A stretch of 64,000 bases of DNA from Candidatus Saccharimonadales bacterium (GTDB taxonomy: Bacteria > Patescibacteriota > Saccharimonadia > Saccharimonadales > EFPC-124). The notes under the pieces were generated by a model. That model searched no databases. It was not told where the DNA came from and was given only the letters and a program-made list of their open reading frames with translations. Numbering within the stretch: position 1 is the stretch's first letter; every line of letters begins with the position of its first letter. Location of the stretch: positions 5,401-69,400 of the forward strand of contig DASTDY010000077.1 of the NCBI GenBank assembly GCA_035710125.1. Reading direction: 5' to 3'. The translations under genes and the position numbers were made by a program. This document shows, piece by piece, positions 28,395 to 36,289 of the stretch.

Positions 28395-28811
28395 ATGTCT
28401 ACCATTTATTACACCGATGGCTCGTGTAGCCCTAACCCTGGCCCTGGCGGATTTGCCGTTATAAAAAATATGGAAGTGTGCGCGCTGGGGAGCGAGTCTG
28501 CCAGCACTAATATACGCATGGAAGGCCACGCCCTTATTGCCGCCATGAAAGATGCAAACGGCCAGCCCTGCACAATCCACACCGACAGCGAATTTTGGAT
28601 TAACGTTATCACCAAATGGGCGCCTGGCTGGCAAAAAAAGGGTTGGAAGAAGTCGAATGGCGAAATCAAAAACCTCGATTTAGTAAAAGAAGCTTACGCG
28701 CTCCACCAGCAAAGCAAGGCCACGCTTATTTGGGTGCGCGGCCACAATAATGACCCTGGCAACGAACTCGCCGACCAGTGGGCAAACAAAGCCCGCGAAA
28801 CAAAGGCGTAG
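28395..28811 (+). CDS. rnhA: ribonuclease HI
   Basis: IYYTDGSCSPNPGPGGFAV..TNIRMEGHALIAA..HTDSEF..WVRGHNNDPGNELADQWA. Confidence 0.9.
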   Translation: MSTIYYTDGSCSPNPGPGGFAVIKNMEVCALGSESASTNIRMEGHALIAAMKDANGQPCTIHTDSEFWINVITKWAPGWQKKGWKKSNGEIKNLDLVKEAYALHQQSKATLIWVRGHNNDPGNELADQWANKARETKA

Positions 28812-28874
28812 ACGAAATTTTATTTTAGTGTGATAATTTGTAGGCTCACTTGTTGAGAACTACAAAGGGGACAC

Positions 28875-29228
28875 ATGGAGAACGAAGAGAGGTTCAGGAA
28901 CCACGACAACGACGTCAACGTTGCCCGGATGGCCATGGCGGCGGGTATCGCCCAATTCTTCATGGCTGGCATGGGGTTGGTCTTGTTGATCTTGGCCGGC
29001 CTGGCGATGTGGCGTGCCATTGGTGACGGCTGGGTGGACTACGTGTTGGTCCTTCCTCCGGCTGTGACCGGCGGCATTTGGCTGCACACGGTGTGGTTCT
29101 ACCGCTACAGCAAGATGTCGCCTGCGCTGGATATTCATATTCGCATGACCTTCCGGGGTCTGTGGCGTGGGTGTGGGGCGTTGGTGGCCTTGGGGTTGCT
29201 GTATCTGGCCGTCGCTGCAATCTTCTAG
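28875..29228 (+). CDS. GC-rich small membrane protein G1
   Basis: 117 aa with 3-4 TM helices. Extended -10 TGTGATAAT and AAAGGGGA SD upstream. Confidence 0.55.
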   Translation: MENEERFRNHDNDVNVARMAMAAGIAQFFMAGMGLVLLILAGLAMWRAIGDGWVDYVLVLPPAVTGGIWLHTVWFYRYSKMSPALDIHIRMTFRGLWRGCGALVALGLLYLAVAAIF

Positions 29229-29272
29229 CAAGTCCTGTGCCCAAAGGGTTATACGCCATAGATTGGGGTGAG

Positions 29273-29608
29273 ATGAACGACGACATGGCAGTAACACTAG
29301 TCATCCGACAGATGTTTCGGCGGCTTGCAGGATTCATGAAGTGGATCATGCGGATCGTGGGGCCGGCAGCCTTAGTGGTGGGTATCTGGGCGCAAGATGT
29401 CAGCGAGTTCGAGGGTGACATTGCTGTGGTGCTCACCTACGTGTTGCTTGGTCTTGGTTGGTCATTGCTCGGGTGGCTCGGCAAGCTTTGCAATCCCAGA
29501 AACTCTGAACTTGTCTATTTCCGGACCATGATCGCCATTGGGATCATCTGGATGGTCGCGACGTTTTTCCTGGGGTTGGTGGTATTTGCGGCTGTCACCC
29601 TGCTCTAG
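29273..29608 (+). CDS. GC-rich small membrane protein G2
   Basis: ATG at 29273 after GGGGTGAG. About 3 TM helices. The track ORF start at 29078 overlaps G1. Confidence 0.5.
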   Translation: MNDDMAVTLVIRQMFRRLAGFMKWIMRIVGPAALVVGIWAQDVSEFEGDIAVVLTYVLLGLGWSLLGWLGKLCNPRNSELVYFRTMIAIGIIWMVATFFLGLVVFAAVTLL

Positions 29609-29619
29609 AAAGAGGTGGT

Positions 29620-29982
29620 TTGTTGGCTAAAAAAGCATTCGCCAATACACAGTGCAGGCGGCGCGCCAACGCACTGTTTGCACTGCTTGCGGTGGCAGGG
29701 CCAAGCTTGGTTGTGACCGGCATTGTCTTTGCATTGGCAATGCGGTTGGCTGTGCGTCCGTGGGGCGGGTCGTGGCTCGAGTACCTCGTTGTTGCGGTCT
29801 GCTTTGCTGTTGGCCTGCCGTGGACATACACGGCTAGCCGATGGCGACGGGCAAAGACACCCGTCGAGGACTTTTACAAGGCCATGAAGTCCGGCTTTGC
29901 AAATGGACTCGTGGGCGGTGCGCTTGCGGCGTATGCCGTGAGTTGGGCTGGTTCGATCCAGCTGCAGTTTTTGTCCCTGTAG
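29620..29982 (+). CDS. GC-rich small membrane protein G3
   Basis: TTG start 11 nt after the G2 stop. 3-4 TM helices. Confidence 0.5.
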   Translation: MLAKKAFANTQCRRRANALFALLAVAGPSLVVTGIVFALAMRLAVRPWGGSWLEYLVVAVCFAVGLPWTYTASRWRRAKTPVEDFYKAMKSGFANGLVGGALAAYAVSWAGSIQLQFLSL

Positions 29983-29987
29983 TTATG

Positions 29988-30050
29988 CGCTGGGCGGTAC
30001 CGTCTGTATGCGGTGTCCGCCCAGCGTAGGGATTTTGTTATTATTTTAGC
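29988..30050 (+). terminator. terminator of the G1-G3 unit
   Basis: CGCTGGGCGG (29988-29997) pairs with CCGCCCAGCG (30017-30026), followed by a T-rich tract. Confidence 0.65.
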
Positions 30051-30056
30051 GTTTTT

Positions 30057-30096
30057 GGTTGCCCCGACTCCGGTGGTAATTGGAGTCGGGGCAACC
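30057..30096 (-). terminator. 15-bp perfect hairpin downstream of G4
   Basis: GGTTGCCCCGACTCC pairs with GGAGTCGGGGCAACC. No U tract on either strand. Confidence 0.5.
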
Positions 30097-30125
30097 GCGC
30101 GGTTCAGTTTGTATGCCGGTCCGGG

Positions 30126-30929
30126 TCACGCTGCAATGCGTACCCGTTTTGGCGTCCACGACGAAAAGCTCTTGACCGCAAGCGAAAACGCCTGGTCGAC
30201 CAGCTTGGCACGGTCCTTGTAGCTTGCCGGCCATTCACCGGTCCACCAGTCGGGCTTGTTGCTCGGCGGCTTCCTCAGCTGGCCTGGAACCAGCTGTCGC
30301 CAGTGGAAGGCAGGCCCATCGCGCGTCAGCAGCCGCAGGTGCCGGTCGCGCTCGTGCTTGCCATCGTGGGTGAGCGGCAGGTGCTCCCTGTCGAGCCAGA
30401 AGGTGAACAGCACCATGTACGACACCACACCAACCAACAAGGCCATGATGGCCGAAATCGCAGATGTGGTGCTGGCAACAAAAAGCACTGCTCCCTGTAT
30501 GGCCGCAAAGATCAGCTTGAACATCACAACCACGCTCCATGGCAAATCAAGGTACTTGCGGAGCAGGCCGCCTTTGGTAAGCCTGTCGCGTGACGACGAC
30601 GCCAGTTGGTCGGTCATGTGTTGTAGCGGCGATCCGTCCAGCACCAGCGTAGGCGCGGGGTCGTGGGGATCGTCGAACAACGTGCGCAGCGTTTCGGCGA
30701 GACTTGCCGACATGTCGCACGGTACGTGTACCAGCTGCAGTGTCAGGGACTCGGCATGATGCGTTATCTGCACTATGCCTAACTGGGCCAGCTCGAACAC
30801 AGTTGAGGCCAACGCATGCCCAACAAACTGGCGCCTTCCCGACAGCAACATGTACTGTTCGAGCAGTGTGCGCTCCACGAACAACTCCTTTTGCGTGGGA
30901 TCAAAACTAAAACCTGAATTATTATACAA
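30126..30929 (-). CDS. GC-rich protein G4 with a soluble N-terminal domain and central TM helices
   Basis: 267-aa ORF. Two adjacent TM helices (VVVMFKLIFAAIQGAVLFV..AIMALLVGVVSYMVLFTFW). Several overlapping alternative-frame ORFs. Confidence 0.5.
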   Translation of the reverse strand: MYNNSGFSFDPTQKELFVERTLLEQYMLLSGRRQFVGHALASTVFELAQLGIVQITHHAESLTLQLVHVPCDMSASLAETLRTLFDDPHDPAPTLVLDGSPLQHMTDQLASSSRDRLTKGGLLRKYLDLPWSVVVMFKLIFAAIQGAVLFVASTTSAISAIMALLVGVVSYMVLFTFWLDREHLPLTHDGKHERDRHLRLLTRDGPAFHWRQLVPGQLRKPPSNKPDWWTGEWPASYKDRAKLVDQAFSLAVKSFSSWTPKRVRIAA

Positions 30930-30983
30930 CGATTTACTTATATGTGGCGTATAATTTTATGGCCAGACAACAAGGAGGCGTAT

Positions 30984-31268
30984 ATGTCGTGGCCATTGCG
31001 TGGCGTCGTTGCTGCGGCGATTGGCATCATGCTGATCACCCACCAGGTGTACCTGCTGACCATGGGCGTTGCAAACGTGTTTGCAGGCCTGATCGCTACA
31101 GTGGTTCTTGTAGGTGGTGCAGCAAGCGGGGTGATTTCATGCTGGACGCCCAATGAGCTGAACAGGCCGGCAGCCAAACGGGCTGCAGCGCTGTTTGCGA
31201 TCGTGCTGGTGGTTCTCGGTGGGTTCATGCAGCTCATGTCGTGGCTTTTTGGTCCACAGCTAACGTAA
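30984..31268 (+). CDS. GC-rich small membrane protein G5
   Basis: ATG at 30984 after AAGGAGG. 3 TM helices. Followed by a 13-bp hairpin at 31283-31313. Confidence 0.55.
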   Translation: MSWPLRGVVAAAIGIMLITHQVYLLTMGVANVFAGLIATVVLVGGAASGVISCWTPNELNRPAAKRAAALFAIVLVVLGGFMQLMSWLFGPQLT

Positions 31269-31348
31269 GTGCTCCACCTGGCGCCGCGTACCCTAGTTCT
31301 TAGGGTACGCGGCAAGTCCTTGGTAGAATAGAGTAAGAAGGAGTACGT

Positions 31349-31651
31349 ATGAAAGCAATTTGGCATGATAAAGTAATCGCCCAATCACAAAAAGAAGACC
31401 TTATTTACATAGAAGGCAACTGGTATTTCCCGCCACAATCAGTTAAGCAGGAGTTTTTGCAAAAAAGCCCCACACCCTACACCTGCCCCTGGAAAGGCGA
31501 GTGCCAATACTTTAACGTAACCGATGGCACCCAAACCAGCCAAGACAACGCCTGGTGTTACCCAAGCCCAAAACCAAGCGCAATCCAAACTGTTAAGAAA
31601 GATTTTAGTGGGTACGTTGCATTTTGGCGGGACGTGCACGTAACGGAATAG
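31349..31651 (+). CDS. DUF427-like protein
   Basis: MKAIWHDKVIAQS..IYIEGNWYFPP..TCPWKGECQYFNV pattern. Confidence 0.7.
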   Translation: MKAIWHDKVIAQSQKEDLIYIEGNWYFPPQSVKQEFLQKSPTPYTCPWKGECQYFNVTDGTQTSQDNAWCYPSPKPSAIQTVKKDFSGYVAFWRDVHVTE

Positions 31652-31696
31652 TCGATACGGTATAAATCAGCCGGTGATGGCTACCAATGGATCGTA

Positions 31697-32485
31697 ATGA
31701 CTCTTAAAGAATTCGTATGGCATAAATTATTGCGCCGCCCGTATACGCTCGCCGTAAAAGATTCGGGCACCGGCGATCCAGTGGTGCTTTTGCATGGTTT
31801 GGCTTTAAACGGTGCGGTGTGGCAAAAGCTAGTCGCCTTGCTTGGCGATAACGTGCGCGCAATCCGCCCGGATTTACTTGGGTTTGGCGATTCGCCCCGG
31901 CCAGACTGGAGTGATTATTCGGTAGACGACCACGCCCGTGCGGTAATGGCCACCCTCAAAAAACGCGGTGTGACAAAGCCGGTTACTATAGTGGGCCATT
32001 CTATGGGTTGCTTAGTTGCAGCCCATATTGCAACCAAATATCCGCAGAGAGTAAAACGTTTGGTGTTGTATGCGCCCCCATTATTTGTAGACGAGCCTGA
32101 TTTTCCCATCCATGGCAAGATGCGTAGCCGCTATTTTGCGTTTTACGAATATATTGCTAGCCGGCCCCAACTGGCGCTCCTTCCACAACAACGCTTGTGG
32201 CGCATAGCCCGGAGCATGTTTGGACTACACCTAGACCAAGAAAGGTGGCTGCCGTTTGAACGCAGCTTGCGTAACACAATCATGGCCCAGCAGGCTTACG
32301 AAGAATTTATTGCCTTGCGGGTTCCAACCGATATTGTGCACGGAAGGCTGGACTTTGTTATTGTGCGGGCAGAAATCGCCGCTATATTAAAGGCTAATCC
32401 GCACATTACCATGCATACTTTTACGGGAACTCATAACCTTTCGGGGCGAGCCGCAAAGTTTTTATATGATATTCTTACCAAATAA
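31697..32485 (+). CDS. alpha/beta hydrolase
   Basis: HGLALNG oxyanion region and nucleophile elbow VGHSMG. Confidence 0.8.
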   Translation: MTLKEFVWHKLLRRPYTLAVKDSGTGDPVVLLHGLALNGAVWQKLVALLGDNVRAIRPDLLGFGDSPRPDWSDYSVDDHARAVMATLKKRGVTKPVTIVGHSMGCLVAAHIATKYPQRVKRLVLYAPPLFVDEPDFPIHGKMRSRYFAFYEYIASRPQLALLPQQRLWRIARSMFGLHLDQERWLPFERSLRNTIMAQQAYEEFIALRVPTDIVHGRLDFVIVRAEIAAILKANPHITMHTFTGTHNLSGRAAKFLYDILTK

Positions 32486-32505
32486 AGAAGGCTAATCAAA
32501 AAGTA

Positions 32506-33069
32506 ATGTCTAACAACATAACCATTGCGCTCATTGCGGGCACCTCGCGTGCGGGCAGGGAATCCATTAAGGCCGCCCGTTACGTTGCCGAGTTCGGCCA
32601 GAATCTGCCTGATGTGACTATAGTCTTTGTAGATCCTACCGATTTTCATTTGGCGGGCGATGGTAACGACCCAGAAGCTAAAGACCCTGCCTACACAGCA
32701 ATTACCCAGAAAGCCGACGCTTTTTTTATTGTGACCCCCGAATACAACCACAGTTTCCCTGGTAGCTTAAAGCGGTTGCTCGACAGCGAATATGCAAATT
32801 ACATCCACAAACCCGTGGCGCTGGCCGGGGTTTCTAACGGGGCATGGGGTGGGGTGCGGGCAGTTGAGGCGTTGGTGACGAGCGTGCGCGAAATGGGGCT
32901 GGTAGCCACAAGTTACAGTGTGTATTTTCCGCGAGTCCAAGATTTATTTACCGCAGACGGCCAGTTAAAAGCTGCCCACGTCGGCCAATATTCGCGCTCT
33001 GTGGGTTATGCGTATAACGAACTTTTGTGGCTCGCCCGTGCGCTAAAATCCGCCAGAAAAGAGAAATAA
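32506..33069 (+). CDS. NAD(P)H-dependent FMN reductase family protein
   Basis: IALIAGTSRAGRES and TPEYNHSFPGSLKRLLD blocks. Confidence 0.8.
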   Translation: MSNNITIALIAGTSRAGRESIKAARYVAEFGQNLPDVTIVFVDPTDFHLAGDGNDPEAKDPAYTAITQKADAFFIVTPEYNHSFPGSLKRLLDSEYANYIHKPVALAGVSNGAWGGVRAVEALVTSVREMGLVATSYSVYFPRVQDLFTADGQLKAAHVGQYSRSVGYAYNELLWLARALKSARKEK

Positions 33070-33096
33070 CTTGCAAAGAGGGGTATAATAAGTTGC

Positions 33097-33471
33097 ATGG
33101 TAGACTTTTTTATTATGATAGCTAGGTTTTTTATGGCCATTGGCCGAAGTATACGGCATGAGCCCCAAGCCCGTGCTTTGCTGCTGTTTATCATTATCCT
33201 TTTAGTGAGTGGCACCATTTTTTATGTAGAGGTAGAGCATTGGGGCATTATAGACGCTTTATACTACTGCGTTACCACGTTAACCACTGTAAGCGGCGGG
33301 CTGTACCCCAAAACTGAGGTGGGCAAGATTTTTACCATCATCTATCTGTTTATGGGAGTTGGGGCTATGCTGGCCGCGCTTAAGTTAATCTCGCGGCATG
33401 CGCTAAAAGACGAAGAAGAATCGCCCTTGCAAAAAATCCGCGCCAAATTTGCGCCTGAAAAAACCAAATAA
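33097..33471 (+). CDS. small two-TM potassium-channel-like pore protein with non-canonical filter
   Basis: Pore-helix and filter region DALYYCVTTLTTVSGG, where canonical channels read TVGYG, flanked by two TM helices. Confidence 0.6.
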   Translation: MVDFFIMIARFFMAIGRSIRHEPQARALLLFIIILLVSGTIFYVEVEHWGIIDALYYCVTTLTTVSGGLYPKTEVGKIFTIIYLFMGVGAMLAALKLISRHALKDEEESPLQKIRAKFAPEKTK

Positions 33472-33878
33472 TGTTCCATATTTCAGATGATGAGTTTGCG
33501 GTGCTCGTTGGCCAGGCTTTAGACGAGCTGCCAACTAAGTACACCCACAACATGGACAACGTTGCAATTGTGCACCAAGACGAACCAACGCCCGAGCAGC
33601 GCCAAAAATTGCAGCTGCATTGTGACGAAACGCTGTTCGGTCTGTATGAAGGCATTCCGCTTACCGCCCGTGGCGCAGGGTACAACCTAGTGATTCCCGA
33701 TAAGATCACTATTTTTAAAGGGCCAATTTTGGAAGTCAGTACTAGCGAGGCTGCATTAAAAGCGCATATAAAACATACATTGTGGCACGAAATCGCGCAT
33801 CATTTTGGGCTTGACCACGGGCGGATCCACGAGCTCGAGCGGCGGAATGCGTTGAGGGCCAGTAGCGAGAGTGTATAG
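33471..33878 (+). CDS. zinc metallopeptidase-like protein (zincin fold, HExxH)
   Basis: C-terminal TLWHEIAHHFGLDH. Start overlaps the previous stop. Confidence 0.65.
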   Translation: MFHISDDEFAVLVGQALDELPTKYTHNMDNVAIVHQDEPTPEQRQKLQLHCDETLFGLYEGIPLTARGAGYNLVIPDKITIFKGPILEVSTSEAALKAHIKHTLWHEIAHHFGLDHGRIHELERRNALRASSESV

Positions 33879-33884
33879 ATTTTT

Positions 33885-34011
33885 CGACAACTAGCGGGCT
33901 GCACTGCCTTCTTGAAAGCACCTAAGCATTCTGCAAACAGCGGAATGTTTACTTCGCCCTTCGGGTCAGAAGAGTGCTTTCGAGAGGGCAGTGTGCAGCC
34001 CGCTAGTTGTC
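33885..34011. repeat. 127-nt imperfect long hairpin (inverted repeat) in an intergenic gap
   Basis: GACAACTAGCGGGCTGCACTGCC (33886-33908) pairs with GGCAGTGTGCAGCCCGCTAGTTGTC (33987-34011), with a 2-nt bulge. Inner sub-helices involve TGAAAGCAC with GTGCTTTCG. Confidence 0.7.
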
Positions 34012-34057
34012 TGCTTATTGCGTAGTATTAGCCTTCAACCTGGCATATACTAAAACC

Positions 34058-35839
34058 ATGCGAAAATGTTTACTTGCCTTGCTTATAATTGTTGGGCTTT
34101 TAGTTCCGGCAACTGGGGTCCGGGCCGACGCCCAGGATTTTACATTTACTTCTTTTAGTGGCGACTACTACCTTGATTACGTAGAGGGTACTACTATTGC
34201 AGGGCTGCGGGTGGTGGAACGGCTCGATGCCGAGTTTCCCGACTTTGACCAAAACCATGGAATTTTAAGGGCAATCCCCGAAGACTACCAAGGCCATCCG
34301 CTCGAACTAGACATAAAAAAGGTGGCTATGGCAGATGGTACTCCTGTTAACTACCAAACATCTCACCAAAATGGCAATTTGGTATTAAAAATTGGTGATC
34401 CCAATAGTTTTGTGCATGGATCGCAAGCCTATGTTATTGAATACACCATGCGCGGCGTCACCTTGCAGCTACCCGACCACGAAGAATTTTTTTGGGATAT
34501 TAATGGCGACCAATGGGCCCAGCTGTTTAAGAAAGTAGAGGCAAGGGTGCACCTGCCAGCAAATATTGCGAATTCACTACAAAGCCGGTGGGCCTGTTAC
34601 GCTGGCCAGACTGGAACAAACGAACCTAACAAGTGTGCTGCAGTGCTGACAGACCAGCCTGACGGCGGCAAGCTAGTGACATTTACAACAACTGCTGGTA
34701 TGCAAGTGTTGCCGCACCAAACTATGACAATTGTGCTTGGGTTTAATAAGGGTACGTTCGCCGAATACTCACCAAGCGCAAAACAAATACAGCAATGGTT
34801 GTGGATTGGGCTTAGTATTGCGTTGTTGCCGGCGGCCGCCCTGGCATTTACCACGTACCAGTGGTGGCGACGGGGTCGTGACCCTAAGTCTAAGCATGCA
34901 ATTGTGCCACAGTACCTGCCGCCAAAAGATCTGGGCGTTATAAGCAGCGGCATTGTGCTTAAAGAGGCGTTCGATCCAAAAACAGTCACCGCCGCAATTG
35001 TAGACCTTGCCGTGCGCCATTACATAAAAATTTACGAGACCAAACAAAAAGGGCTGTTTACAAGCGCTGAATACCAGCTTGAACTGGTAAAAGCGCCAAC
35101 AGATGTACGGGCAGAGGAGCTTTTGGTCATAATGTTAGTCTTTAAAACAGATACAGTAGGCACAAAAGTCAATTTGGATGACCTCAAGCTAAAGTTAGCA
35201 GAAGAGGCCCGACAAATTGGTAAAAGTTCAGAACGGCAACTCACGACAGATGGCTATTTTAGGGTTCTGCCGTCGCGGGCGACGTTTCCGTACTACTTGA
35301 GCGGCTCCATATTTTTAATTATTGGGTTTTTCTTGTTTGCAGTGGGTGGACTCGAGCAGCCATGGGCCCTTGGTTGGGCGCTAGCCGGTATTTTGCTAAT
35401 AATTTGCGCCCACGCTATGCCTGCGCGCACAGCTAAGGGGGTAGAGGCGCGCAATTATTTGCTTGGTGTGCGTGATTACATAAAACTTGCCGAAGCTGAG
35501 CGTATAAAAGTGCTGCAAAGCCCCCACGGGGACCTGACCGAAAAGATAGAAGTCGGCGACAACCGGCAGTTAATAAAGGTATACGAAAAACTTTTACCCT
35601 ATGCTATTTTGTTTAACCTAGAAAAGGACTGGGCAAAGGCTATGGCAGGATTGTACCAGGAATCGCCAGATTGGTACTCGGGCAATGCTGCATTTAATGC
35701 CGCGTGGTTTGCGGGTTCTATCGCTTCATTTAACACCAGTGCGAATACAGTATTCGCACCACCTAGTAGCTCGTCGTCGAGCGGTTTTGGCGGTGGTGCT
35801 GGTGGCGGCGGAGGCGGCGGCGGAGGCGGCGGTTGGTAG
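34058..35839 (+). CDS. DUF2207-like membrane protein with poly-Gly C-terminus
   Basis: Signal peptide MRKCLLALLIIVGLLVPATGVRA, large extracytoplasmic domain, TM helices, terminal SSSSSGFGGGAGGGGGGGGGGGW. Start moved to 34058. Confidence 0.7.
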   Translation: MRKCLLALLIIVGLLVPATGVRADAQDFTFTSFSGDYYLDYVEGTTIAGLRVVERLDAEFPDFDQNHGILRAIPEDYQGHPLELDIKKVAMADGTPVNYQTSHQNGNLVLKIGDPNSFVHGSQAYVIEYTMRGVTLQLPDHEEFFWDINGDQWAQLFKKVEARVHLPANIANSLQSRWACYAGQTGTNEPNKCAAVLTDQPDGGKLVTFTTTAGMQVLPHQTMTIVLGFNKGTFAEYSPSAKQIQQWLWIGLSIALLPAAALAFTTYQWWRRGRDPKSKHAIVPQYLPPKDLGVISSGIVLKEAFDPKTVTAAIVDLAVRHYIKIYETKQKGLFTSAEYQLELVKAPTDVRAEELLVIMLVFKTDTVGTKVNLDDLKLKLAEEARQIGKSSERQLTTDGYFRVLPSRATFPYYLSGSIFLIIGFFLFAVGGLEQPWALGWALAGILLIICAHAMPARTAKGVEARNYLLGVRDYIKLAEAERIKVLQSPHGDLTEKIEVGDNRQLIKVYEKLLPYAILFNLEKDWAKAMAGLYQESPDWYSGNAAFNAAWFAGSIASFNTSANTVFAPPSSSSSSGFGGGAGGGGGGGGGGGW

Positions 35840-35853
35840 CGTTTTTGTCGTTT

Positions 35854-36225
35854 AAAAATAAAAATAAGGCGGACGTCCGCGGCTTCAGTAAAAACTGAGG
35901 CAGCGGACGTTCGCAAAAGCGCTGCTACGGCATACAAAAAACCAATTGCGTGACCCGAAGCCGAAGTTGACCTCTCTTTGCTTACAGAGGCAAGAAACAG
36001 AACTGTCTGCCGGACCATCTGTTTTAAGCCTAGGCCAATAACTAGTGCCAGTCTTTGTGCACCCCGACTGGCTCGCCTGTTTGGGCGCTTTCCAAACAGT
36101 GTCGGAAACTTGCAGAGCCGACATGCCTGGTGGTTGTGAGTGTTGGACCACCATAAGCCCACAGTGGTGTCCGTATTAGTGCAACACTCCCTCTGGTAGG
36201 AACGTGGTTTTTTGTATGGCCAGCT
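35854..36225 (-). ncRNA. about 370-nt structured RNA of unknown class
   Basis: Minus-strand extended -10 TGATATACT (plus coordinates 36232-36240). A 13-bp closing helix pairs CATACAAAAAACC (plus coordinates 36206-36218) with GGTTTTTTGTATG (35931-35943). Many internal helices. Terminator hairpin at 35869-35914 followed by TTATTTTTATTTTT on the minus strand. No credible ORF. Confidence 0.45.
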
Positions 36226-36289
36226 AAGTAAAGTATATCACGCGGAGAGAGTGTTATACTGGGTATAAACCAAAGGGGGTTATTTCACC

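Noticed and set aside
35795-35836. GGCGG-type tandem repeat that could be mistaken for a microsatellite or CRISPR-like repeat
   Set aside because: It is in frame and encodes the poly-Gly C-terminal tail of the DUF2207-like protein.
35854-36225. tmRNA, SRP RNA, 6S RNA or RNase P identity for the minus-strand RNA
   Set aside because: There is no tRNA-like T-arm or CCA end, no GGAAGCAGC domain IV motif with a GNRA loop, a multi-branched rather than single irregular hairpin, and no GGAAAGUCC or ACAGAA blocks. Only a covariance-model search can settle this.
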